Assembly (NCBI GenBank): GCA_051859245.1
Contig: JBHYGA010000001.1
Span: forward strand, 544,001 to 608,000
Length of the DNA stretch: 64,000 nucleotides
Direction: 5' to 3'
Source: Gemmatimonadaceae bacterium
Lineage (GTDB): Bacteria > Gemmatimonadota > Gemmatimonadetes > Gemmatimonadales > Gemmatimonadaceae
Shown: piece after piece, positions 10,121 through 18,562 of the stretch
Layout: the number at the start of each line of letters is the position of its first letter
Position numbering within the stretch: position 1 is the stretch's first letter
Translations under genes and position numbers: made by a program
Notes under the pieces: generated by a model
Databases searched by the model: none
Seen by the model: the letters and a program-made list of their open reading frames with translations, nothing else
Told to the model about the DNA's origin: nothing

Positions 10121-11404
10121 CTACCCAATATCCGGCTTCTTCTCATGCCGGCTCCCCAACCACGCACCCACACCCGCCCAGGTGAGCGCGGCACCAGCAC
10201 CAATGAGCGCCACCGTCGCACCGGTCATACCACTCGCACGCACCGCGTTCTGCAACTGCGCCACGAGCGCGTCGGCACCACGATACACGGGCACGTCAAT
10301 GAGGTTCTTGGCCTTGTACTTGGATTCCGTATCAAGCTTGCTGAACAACATCTCTCGGCCCGGACGAATAAACGCGTACTCGCCCCAGCGACGCACCACG
10401 AGCACCACCGCCAGCACCGCAAAGCTGCCGGTCATGGAGAGCGTGATAAATCCAACCATCACGATGAGCGGCACGGCTACGAGCAACGCGGTCACGCCAA
10501 GGCGTGCAGCAATGCGTCCGGTGAGAAAAAACTGCGACAGAATCGTGAGCGTTTGCACGATGTAGTCAATGCGTGCGAACACCTGCGTGCGCTGATCATT
10601 GTCGGTGAATGTCGCTTTTACGATTTCGAGCTGCTCAAAGTACAGCAGCGTATTCGCCGTCGAGAGCAACACCACGAACAGCGCGATCATGAGCAGGTAC
10701 GGTGACTTGAGCACCAGGCTCACACCAGCAAATGGATTGCCACCAATTGGGCGATTCGTATGTTCGCCCGCACCACCAGGCGCCGTCCACACATTGATCA
10801 GAATACGCTGACAGATGATTGCGCCGGTGAACAGCGCGGCACCAATAAAGAGCACACCACTCGTGCCAACACGTTGCACCGAGAGATCGGTAATCAGCGG
10901 ACCCACCAGCGCGCCCAGCGTTCCACCCGTGGCAATCACACCAAAGAGTCGCTTCGCTTGCGGACTGCTGAACAACTCCAGCAGAAAGCTCCAGAACACC
11001 GACACCAGCATGAGATTGAGCACGCTGATCCCCACGTAAAACGTGGAGCCGAGTGTTTCGTTTTCCGCGTCGCGTCCAAAGAGCACACCAAACACGACGA
11101 ACGCCACCACGACCGCCATGTAAATCGCCGGCAGCAACACGGAACGTCTGATCTTGCCTACAAGCCACCCGTAGAGCGGCACAATCACCACGGCGCCGAT
11201 CGATGTGAGAATCCACAGATCGCTCACGCGATCGCTGCCCAGAATCGTGCCGATCGTTTCGCGCACCGGGCGCACCGCGAAGTAGCCACCGAGCACACAG
11301 AAGAACAAACAGAATGCCGCAATCACGGCGGGTGCTTCGTCGGGCTCAACTTTCGCGTATCGCGCGAGCAGGCGGGCGAATAGCGACGGAGGGGCAGCGG
11401 TCAC
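10121..11404 (-). CDS. MFS transporter, ATP/ADP (NTP/NDP) translocase-like family
   Basis: About 12 TM; 'RPVRE', 'SVFWSF...FSSPQAKRLFG', 'RPGREML...KYKAKNLID...RGAD'. Confidence 0.8.
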   Translation of the reverse strand: MTAAPPSLFARLLARYAKVEPDEAPAVIAAFCLFFCVLGGYFAVRPVRETIGTILGSDRVSDLWILTSIGAVVIVPLYGWLVGKIRRSVLLPAIYMAVVVAFVVFGVLFGRDAENETLGSTFYVGISVLNLMLVSVFWSFLLELFSSPQAKRLFGVIATGGTLGALVGPLITDLSVQRVGTSGVLFIGAALFTGAIICQRILINVWTAPGGAGEHTNRPIGGNPFAGVSLVLKSPYLLMIALFVVLLSTANTLLYFEQLEIVKATFTDNDQRTQVFARIDYIVQTLTILSQFFLTGRIAARLGVTALLVAVPLIVMVGFITLSMTGSFAVLAVVLVVRRWGEYAFIRPGREMLFSKLDTESKYKAKNLIDVPVYRGADALVAQLQNAVRASGMTGATVALIGAGAALTWAGVGAWLGSRHEKKPDIG

Positions 11405-11589
11405 GGGACTCGGGCAGGGGGGAGTGTGGCGGGCGTGGTGCGTCTTCGCGCGTCACGCACACGCGGAATGCAGAAACGCGTCACGTTGCAGCGCGTAGCT
11501 TGGCCGCCGTGCATGCGGAGGGCAAGTCATTCGTGCTAATACCGCTTCGCACGCCCAAGCGTTGAACGCACGTGACTCGTTTCGTCCCG

Positions 11590-12342
11590 CTACGACTTCA
11601 CCACACGCTTGCGTGCCGCGCCGCGCCGATCTGCTGCCGAGACACGCACCAGTCGCACCACCACGGCCATCACACGCGGGACCTCCACCTGTGCGGGCGT
11701 GGCGCCCTTGTCGACCATCACGGTACATGGTGTGTTCTTGGCGCGCGCGGGGCCACGAGCGCGTCTACTCAATGAAGGTGGTGCATGGCGCGCCACAAGC
11801 GACAGGGCCGTTGCCGTTGGAGCCGGTGGGACAACCCGCAACCGCACACCCGCGCCACCGGCCGTCGCTGCATTGCCCATCCCCACTACCAGCAACGCCG
11901 CATCACGGTCGCGCGCCAGCTGACTGAGGCGCACCGTGATCTGCCGCGACAACAGCGGCGCGCCGTCCAGCACCACCAGGCCGAACATACCGCTGCGCAG
12001 CAGACGATCAGCGCACCACGCCGCGCGCCCCGGATCCTTGGGACGCACCACCACCAGCCGCGACCCGAGACCGGCCCAGCATTGCGCTGCCAGCGTGCGT
12101 GTGGCGTCGATAATGGCCACCCAGCGCCCTGCGCCCAGGACCTGGGCCACCACACGACGCGCCAGCGTGGTGCGCCCCATGGCCCGCGGACCCACCAGCT
12201 CCGTGAGCCGGCCACGCGGAATCCCTCCGCCCAGCGCGGCATCGAGTGCGGCAATGCCAGTGGGCCAGGCCGGACCGGCCGGTGGTAGCGAGGGGACAAG
12301 TGCTTCGAGACTGGCCCGAATGGAGGCAATGGCAGGGCGCAT
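11590..12342 (-). CDS. imuA: ImuA-like short RecA homolog with degenerate P-loop
   Basis: 'TGIAALDAALGGGIPRGRLTELVG', Walker A GPRAMGRT (Lys to Arg), 'LLRSGMFGLVVLD'; ATG at 12342. Confidence 0.7.
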   Translation of the reverse strand: MRPAIASIRASLEALVPSLPPAGPAWPTGIAALDAALGGGIPRGRLTELVGPRAMGRTTLARRVVAQVLGAGRWVAIIDATRTLAAQCWAGLGSRLVVVRPKDPGRAAWCADRLLRSGMFGLVVLDGAPLLSRQITVRLSQLARDRDAALLVVGMGNAATAGGAGVRLRVVPPAPTATALSLVARHAPPSLSRRARGPARAKNTPCTVMVDKGATPAQVEVPRVMAVVVRLVRVSAADRRGAARKRVVKS

Positions 12343-12417
12343 AACCGAATATATACCGAAGACAGCCAGTGCACGAAAGCACTGGCGAGAGCTGTGGGCC
12401 GCGGCTACCCTATCCCC

Positions 12418-12720
12418 ATGCGGCCACTCTCCGATATCGAAATCCAGCGCGCACTCGGCACCCTGTCCGGCTGGTCGCGTAAGGGCGACATGCTCACGCG
12501 CACATTCCAGTTCGCCGCGTTCCCGGATGGTATCGAGTTTCTGCGTCGGGTGGCCGATGAAGCCGAAGCGCAGGCGCATCATCCGGATGTTGACATCCGC
12601 TACACCAAAGTGACGTTCTGTTTAAGTACGCACGACGCAGGTGGCATTACAGAAAAAGACTTTGCACTCGCGCGTTCAATCGACGCGCTCTACGACAACG
12701 GCGCGCCCATCGTAAGTTGA
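12418..12720 (+). CDS. phhB: Pterin-4-alpha-carbinolamine dehydratase
   Basis: 'AEAQAHHPDVDI...THDAGGITEKDFALARSID' signature. Confidence 0.95.
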   Translation: MRPLSDIEIQRALGTLSGWSRKGDMLTRTFQFAAFPDGIEFLRRVADEAEAQAHHPDVDIRYTKVTFCLSTHDAGGITEKDFALARSIDALYDNGAPIVS

Positions 12721-12761
12721 TGAGCGCGCCGTGTGCGTGTGTGATGGTGTCCTGATACGGA

Positions 12762-13577
12762 TTATCGCTCGCCGCCGCGCACCAGATTGACACTGCCGTT
12801 CACGGTGCTCGCCTTGAGTGAGCGTCCGCCGGAACCAATCGATCCGCGCAACTTGCGACGACTGATCGACCCTTGCACGGTGACTGGGAAATCGGTGTTC
12901 ACCGAGCCGTTCACGGTGGAAATATCGAGATCCACATTCGAGTTCGCCGGCAAGGTGAGCGTAATGGAACCGTTCACTGTTTCGTATTCAAGATTTTCAC
13001 TGCCGAGCGACGCCATGGTGGCCTTGATGCTGCCATTCACGGTTTTCGCGTGAACCGGACCACCGGTGCTGCGCGCTTCCACCGATCCGTTGACAGTGCT
13101 CGCGTCAATCATGCCGGAGATCGCGTCCACCGTCACAGCGCCATTCACCGTGCTCATGTTGACATGCACACCGTCTGGTACGCGCACGGTAAAGTGCACG
13201 GACACATCGTTGCGATCGTTCCACGTTTGACGACGCGGACTGCGAATGCCACTCTCGGTGCACTCGGCGTCGTTCCAGAGGGCGCACACCATGATGTCGC
13301 CATTGCGACCGGGAACCTGCACAATGCGCACGTCTTCGGGATCACCACGACGCCAGCGCTTTTCGGCCGTGATCTCCACCTGATTGGAGCGTGAACGTTC
13401 CACGCTGATGGCACCGTTCACATTGCGCACATTCACGGTGCGACCGGCAGAGAGGGAGGCGTTGTAGTTGAATGCATTACGCTCCACTTCCTGCGACTGC
13501 GCGGTGCTGATGGCGCCGAGCGACGCGAACACTGCCAGGGCAGCGAGCGTCTGTTTGACTACATGAGTGTATGACAT
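12762..13577 (-). CDS. DUF4097 (putative adhesin) beta-strand repeat secreted protein
   Basis: Signal peptide; repeated S/T-V-N-G-S/A units. Confidence 0.9.
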   Translation of the reverse strand: MSYTHVVKQTLAALAVFASLGAISTAQSQEVERNAFNYNASLSAGRTVNVRNVNGAISVERSRSNQVEITAEKRWRRGDPEDVRIVQVPGRNGDIMVCALWNDAECTESGIRSPRRQTWNDRNDVSVHFTVRVPDGVHVNMSTVNGAVTVDAISGMIDASTVNGSVEARSTGGPVHAKTVNGSIKATMASLGSENLEYETVNGSITLTLPANSNVDLDISTVNGSVNTDFPVTVQGSISRRKLRGSIGSGGRSLKASTVNGSVNLVRGGER

Positions 13578-13611
13578 GGTGTGAGTTCCGAGGTGAAAGA
13601 CGGCGGGTGAT

Positions 13612-14739
13612 TCAACGACGATCGTTTGGTTCGTTGGAGCGCAGTGTCACGCTGCCGCTGAACGTGGAGACAAACACGAGTGGTCCACCGCTCTCACCGA
13701 GCTGCATGCGCTGTGAGCGTCCGCCACGCGGCAAGCCATCGAACTGCAGCGCCAGCGATTCCATGGTGCGACCAATGGACCCCATCACCGACTCCACCAG
13801 ACGTTCTACCGAGCGTTCAAAATCGCGCTCGAAGTTTCCGGTATCACGATTGCGGCGCTGCGCCTCGCGTCGTACGGAATCCGCAATCTGACGGCGAATG
13901 GAATCACGCTCCCGGTCACGACGGTCAAGGGCATCGGTTTGCACGACGGCGCGTGATGTGGCGCCGGGTTCCGGTAACAGCGTCAGCGGCAGATTACGCG
14001 ACGTGACATCGCCATTGAACGACTGCAGTTCGAGTGTGGCACGCGAATCGCGAGGGAGTGAGAGCTGCACATCGCCGGAATGGGTACTGAAGTCGTAGCG
14101 CCCTGATTCTGAGAGCGCACCGCTGTAGGTGATGTCGCCGCTCACGACCTTCACCTGCACACGACGCGATTTGATATCACGAAGCGTGACCTCCGTCGAC
14201 GTACCCGAGATCTCAAGATTGCCACTGACGTTGTTCGCGGTGATATCGCCCGTGGTGGTGTTCACTCGTGCGCCATCGGCAATGTCGGCGAGGTTGATAT
14301 CGCTGCTCACGCTTTCGATGAACACCTGCGTGGCATCGGTTACGTTGATATCGCCCGACGTGGTGCGCACCTCGACATCCCCACCCGTGTTGCTGATGTT
14401 GATGTCACCACCCTGCGTGCGCACGAGCAACGCAGTGCCACGCGGCACGTCAAGCACCAGGTCCGCACCGCCTGATCCGCGCAGATGTGAGCCGTTCAGG
14501 CGCAGCGCGCGGCCGTCACCAGAGACTTCAAAGCCACGATCGTCCATGTTGCGCACACGCAGCGTGCGCCCGGACACACCGCGAATCGTGAAGTCGCCGG
14601 ACCAGCCCACCACTTCAACGGTGGCCGACGCGTCCATGGTAATCGTGGTATCGCGCGATTCTTGCGCGTGCAACGTTGCGGGAACCGCAACGCCCGCAAC
14701 GAGGGCAACGGCAGTCAGAGTCTGAAACAGAGCACGCAT
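13612..14739 (-). CDS. DUF4097 beta-strand repeat secreted protein with charged helical insertion
   Basis: ATG at 14739 with signal peptide; repeated TSGD/SGD units. Confidence 0.85.
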   Translation of the reverse strand: MRALFQTLTAVALVAGVAVPATLHAQESRDTTITMDASATVEVVGWSGDFTIRGVSGRTLRVRNMDDRGFEVSGDGRALRLNGSHLRGSGGADLVLDVPRGTALLVRTQGGDINISNTGGDVEVRTTSGDINVTDATQVFIESVSSDINLADIADGARVNTTTGDITANNVSGNLEISGTSTEVTLRDIKSRRVQVKVVSGDITYSGALSESGRYDFSTHSGDVQLSLPRDSRATLELQSFNGDVTSRNLPLTLLPEPGATSRAVVQTDALDRRDRERDSIRRQIADSVRREAQRRNRDTGNFERDFERSVERLVESVMGSIGRTMESLALQFDGLPRGGRSQRMQLGESGGPLVFVSTFSGSVTLRSNEPNDRR

Positions 14740-14758
14740 GACAGAACCAGAAAAAGGG

Positions 14759-15610
14759 TTACAACAGCGCCAGGCGGCGCAGTAAATCAACTTTGCGTTC
14801 GTACGCGCGATCGAGTTGTTCGAGCAGGAATCCGCTGTTCGGATCAGACGCGAGCGCCGCGCGGCTTTCCCGGATCGCGTTGTCAATGATGTCGAGATTC
14901 TTGCGCACTACCGACACCGTGGTGGAGTCGAGCAGGCCAAGCTGCGTTTCGGCTACCGTGCGCAGCATGGCGATTTCGCGTCCGTAGAGCGTGTCGAGCG
15001 CCACGGCGCGCGGGCCCACGTTCGATGCGGCCACCACGCGTGTTGGTGCAACACGTGGTGCGCTGGCGACGTAGCCCGTACTGCGATTGTCCGGCGTTAC
15101 CACGCCGCCCAATGTGGACGGCGGCATGGTGTTGGCGCCGTCTACGTCAATCGCGCGCGGCGCTGGGGTGTTCGCCTCTGGTGCGGGTGAGGAAACGGCT
15201 GGTGCGCTGTCGGTGGACGCAAGGGTGGCGCTGCTCGCCGCCGGTGCGCGGCGTGCGACGTTCCACGTCACACCGGCACTGACCGTTACCAGCACGGCCG
15301 CAGCGGCCGCGAGCTGACGCCACGGCAGCACGCTGCGCGTCACCGTGTGTGTTGCTGTCACAGGCAACACCCGCACAGGTGTCGCCAGTCGCGCTTCAAT
15401 ATCAGGCCACAGATCCCGTGAAGGCGTTGGCAACGGCAACGACTGTGCCGCAAGCACCAGGCTATCCAGATCCGCCACCAGTGCCGCACACGCCGCGCAC
15501 TCCGCGCGATGCCCGTCGGCGCGACGTTGTGTGGTGTGATCGAGTCCACGCTCGAGATACGCCTCGAGCTGTGCGTCGAACTCTTCACAGGTCATGGGAA
15601 TGTCACTCAT
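14759..15610 (-). CDS. Zinc-binding (zf-HC2/ZAS) membrane anti-sigma factor
   Basis: C...HRAECAAC (HxxxCxxC), one TM helix, overlaps the ECF sigma stop. Confidence 0.88.
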   Translation of the reverse strand: MSDIPMTCEEFDAQLEAYLERGLDHTTQRRADGHRAECAACAALVADLDSLVLAAQSLPLPTPSRDLWPDIEARLATPVRVLPVTATHTVTRSVLPWRQLAAAAAVLVTVSAGVTWNVARRAPAASSATLASTDSAPAVSSPAPEANTPAPRAIDVDGANTMPPSTLGGVVTPDNRSTGYVASAPRVAPTRVVAASNVGPRAVALDTLYGREIAMLRTVAETQLGLLDSTTVSVVRKNLDIIDNAIRESRAALASDPNSGFLLEQLDRAYERKVDLLRRLALL

Positions 15611-16296
15611 GTGGACAGGACCTCGCGCAGCAGCAATCGAGCGCGATGCAGCTGCGCTTTACTGCCACCAGATGTAATGCCAAGTAGTTCACCGATTTCT
15701 TCATGCGTGTAGCCTTCAACGTCATGCAACACAAAGATTCGTCGCGCACCCGCCGGCAGTGTGGCAATGGCCGCTTCAAGATCCATGCGATCGCCGACAC
15801 TCACTGATCGCGCCGGCACGACATGCACCGCATCGTCGTCGGCCACGGTTCGGTCGCGCGTTCTTCCGTCCTGCTTGCGACGCGACAACACAATGTTCAC
15901 CGCCACCCGATGCAACCACGTACTGAACGCGGCATCACCACGAAACGACTCCAGCTTTTGCCACGCGCGCACGAACACATCCTGCACCAACTCTTCAGCC
16001 AGTCCACGTTCCCCGCACATGCGCAGACAGAGCGCAAACACCCGTTGTCCATGCGTGCGGTACAGCCGTTCAAAGGCCCGTCGGTCGCCGGCGGTGGCGG
16101 CTTCAACGTCAGCGCGCTCCGCCTGAGCCGCCGCACGCTGCGCGGCATCGCTCAGAGCAGCGTCGCCGAGAGCAGCGTCGCCACTGGCCGATTCGTCCGG
16201 GACCGCTGTCGACCGCTCAGCGCCGACGAGTCGGCTCGTCGGGCGTGATGACGACAGGTTGTCAGGGATGAATCCGGTCACAGTCAGTGCGTGCAT
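15607..16296 (-). CDS. ECF RNA polymerase sigma factor (RpoE-like)
   Basis: 'AEELVQDVFVRAW', 'FSTWLHRVAVN', 'EGYTHEEIGELL...SKAQLHRAR'; start uncertain. Confidence 0.93.
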   Translation of the reverse strand: MHALTVTGFIPDNLSSSRPTSRLVGAERSTAVPDESASGDAALGDAALSDAAQRAAAQAERADVEAATAGDRRAFERLYRTHGQRVFALCLRMCGERGLAEELVQDVFVRAWQKLESFRGDAAFSTWLHRVAVNIVLSRRKQDGRTRDRTVADDDAVHVVPARSVSVGDRMDLEAAIATLPAGARRIFVLHDVEGYTHEEIGELLGITSGGSKAQLHRARLLLREVLST

Positions 16297-16383
16297 GGCC
16301 CCCACATGGTTACGCCGGGTTGGATAGCGTAGGGGCGCGGATGGTTTGAACCCGTTTTGAATTCGTACGGCGCCGGGCGGCCC

Positions 16384-16424
16384 GGGATTCGGGCGGCGGG
16401 GGATTCGGGGGCCGGGGATTCGGG
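16384..16424. repeat. Three copies of GGGATTCGGG (15-16 bp spacing) in a divergent intergenic region
   Basis: Copies at 16384, 16400 and 16415. Confidence 0.8.
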
Positions 16425-16508
16425 CGACCGTCGATCTCCCCGTTGCGTCCTCAAAAACGTGACGAAAGTCGAGGTCCGTCCACGTGCGCAGCCATCCAGA
16501 TTGGGGGC

Positions 16509-17774
16509 ATGGATAACATGACCCACGCCCTCGCCGGCCTGCTGATGGCCGACGCGACCATCTCCAGTATTGAACGCCGAACCGGGGCGCCGATCACCCG
16601 CGGCGTGCGCGCCACCGCCGTCGTGCTCGGCATTGTGGCCGCCGAGTTTCCCGACGCCGATCTGGTGTACTCCGGAGAAGTGCTCGGCATTGGCCCACTC
16701 GGTTACATGCTGCATCACCGCGGTCACACGCACACCATCGTGTTCGCGCTGATCATGGCGTTCGCCTTGTGGGGCGTGGTGCAACTTGTGCGGCGTGACA
16801 CGCGCGATCCTGCGGTGCGCACGCCGATGTTATGGCTGGCGTTGGGCGGCACACTCTCGCACATCGTACTTGACTACACCAACAGTTACGGCGTGCATCC
16901 GTTCTGGCCGTTTGAAAACAGTTGGTATTACGGCGACGCGATATTCATTGTCGAACCGTGGCTGTGGGTGGCGGCGATTCCAGCCCTGCTGTTTGGTCCG
17001 CGTCGCCTCGTGGGGCGTGTCGTGTTGTCGCTCGCGCTGGTTGGCGTGCTGGTGCTCGCGTGGTTGGTGGACATGGTTCCACGGGATGTGGCCACGGTGC
17101 TTACCGGAGGTGCGGTTTTGTCACTGCTCGCCGCACGTTTCACCGCGTCCGCGTACAGAGTGGCACTCGCCAGTGGATTGTGGCTCGCCGTGGAAGCATT
17201 CGGTTTTGCCATGTCGAGTGCGGCCAACAGGCGGGTTGCCGACGAAATGCGAGCCCGCGTACCTAACGCCACGCTCGTCGACGTGGTTCTCACATCAGCG
17301 GCGGCGAACCCATTGTGTCAGAGCGCAATTGTGATTGATGTGGAAAACGACGCGTATCGTGTGCACACCGCGACGGTGGCTGCACTGCCGGGAGTTCGCA
17401 ACGCACTGCGATGCGACGACAACATTCAGGACGTCTCTGCGGGTAGCTCTGATGGATTGGCCCGTTCATCGCGAGCGGAAAGTCTGAGCGAGACGTCAGC
17501 TGCGTCGGTGCGGTGGCGTGAAGAATGGACAGGCTCGAGATCAGAACTGCGGTCGTTCGCTGTGACACACTGCGAGTTCGCAGCCGCGCTGGAGTTCATG
17601 CGCGTGCCCGTCTGGCGTCGTGATGGGTCCGGAGGCGTGCTGCTATCCGACTTGCGGTACGGGCTGTACGGCAGTGGGTTCGCATCGGTCCGTTTTGAAG
17701 CGGTGCCGCGAGAGTGTCCCGCATTTGTGCCCGGGTGGCGGATGCCGAGGGCGGATGTGATTGTCGGGGGGTGA
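16509..17774 (+). CDS. YdjM-family membrane-bound metal-dependent hydrolase
   Basis: 'MDNMTHALAG', 'PDAD', 'HHRGHTH', 'SHIVLDYTNSYGVHPFWPF'. Confidence 0.9.
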   Translation: MDNMTHALAGLLMADATISSIERRTGAPITRGVRATAVVLGIVAAEFPDADLVYSGEVLGIGPLGYMLHHRGHTHTIVFALIMAFALWGVVQLVRRDTRDPAVRTPMLWLALGGTLSHIVLDYTNSYGVHPFWPFENSWYYGDAIFIVEPWLWVAAIPALLFGPRRLVGRVVLSLALVGVLVLAWLVDMVPRDVATVLTGGAVLSLLAARFTASAYRVALASGLWLAVEAFGFAMSSAANRRVADEMRARVPNATLVDVVLTSAAANPLCQSAIVIDVENDAYRVHTATVAALPGVRNALRCDDNIQDVSAGSSDGLARSSRAESLSETSAASVRWREEWTGSRSELRSFAVTHCEFAAALEFMRVPVWRRDGSGGVLLSDLRYGLYGSGFASVRFEAVPRECPAFVPGWRMPRADVIVGG

Positions 17775-17837
17775 TGGCTCGGCGAACCTGTTTCGAAAGC
17801 CCGCACGGAACGCATCACGCTCTGTTCGCACCCCAGG

Positions 17838-18509
17838 TCAGACCATCACCCCAGCCCGCAACCGCTCAACCAGCCCCACGACCTCCGCAACATCTTCCAG
17901 CCAGTACGAGGGCGACGCGACCTCCAGCTGCCCCCGCGAGAACGGCCCCCAGAGCGCCGCGCCGGTGGTCGTTCCCGCCGCCCGCCCGGATACCATATCG
18001 TGCGTGGAATCCCCGACAAACAGCGCGCGATCTGGCGTCAGCTCCAGTGCATACAGCGCGTGCTCGACCGGAAGTGGATCGGGTTTATGCCGTGTGGTGT
18101 CATCGGCGGTCACCACGATATCAAAAGCGTCGGCGAGTCCAACATGCGCGAGGGATCGCAGCGTCATGCCGCGTCCTTTGCTGGTCACAACGCCCGTTTT
18201 TACCCCGGAGGCGCGCAGTGTGTGCACCACGTCGTAGGCGCCCGGAAACAAGGTGGTCATCCGCTCGAGATTGGCATGCTGATGCGTGCGATAGCGTTCG
18301 ACCACCGACTCAATCTCGTGTTCCGCAACGGAAAAATCGCGCATTTGTACGCGGAGCGGTGTGCCGATGCCGGCGGTCCACAGTTCACGAGACGGCACCA
18401 CCGCTCGCCCGGCAAATGCAAACTCCATGCACTCGAGCAACAGGCCAATCGAATCGAGCAGTGTGCCATCAAGGTCGAACAGAACGGCAAAGTGTTTCGA
18501 ATCAGTCAT
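17838..18509 (-). CDS. HAD-IA hydrolase (pyrophosphatase PpaX / phosphoglycolate phosphatase-like)
   Basis: FDLDGTL, VVTSK, KPDP, VGDSTHD motifs. Confidence 0.92.
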   Translation of the reverse strand: MTDSKHFAVLFDLDGTLLDSIGLLLECMEFAFAGRAVVPSRELWTAGIGTPLRVQMRDFSVAEHEIESVVERYRTHQHANLERMTTLFPGAYDVVHTLRASGVKTGVVTSKGRGMTLRSLAHVGLADAFDIVVTADDTTRHKPDPLPVEHALYALELTPDRALFVGDSTHDMVSGRAAGTTTGAALWGPFSRGQLEVASPSYWLEDVAEVVGLVERLRAGVMV

Positions 18510-18562
18510 GCACAATTGTAGTCACGCCACGCACCGCTCGTGAGCTCGCGGTTGCGCAGTCT

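Noticed and set aside
16141..16183. 15-bp repeat (GDAAL/SDAA) in the ECF N-terminus
   Set aside because: Short in-frame duplication in a variable linker with no evident function
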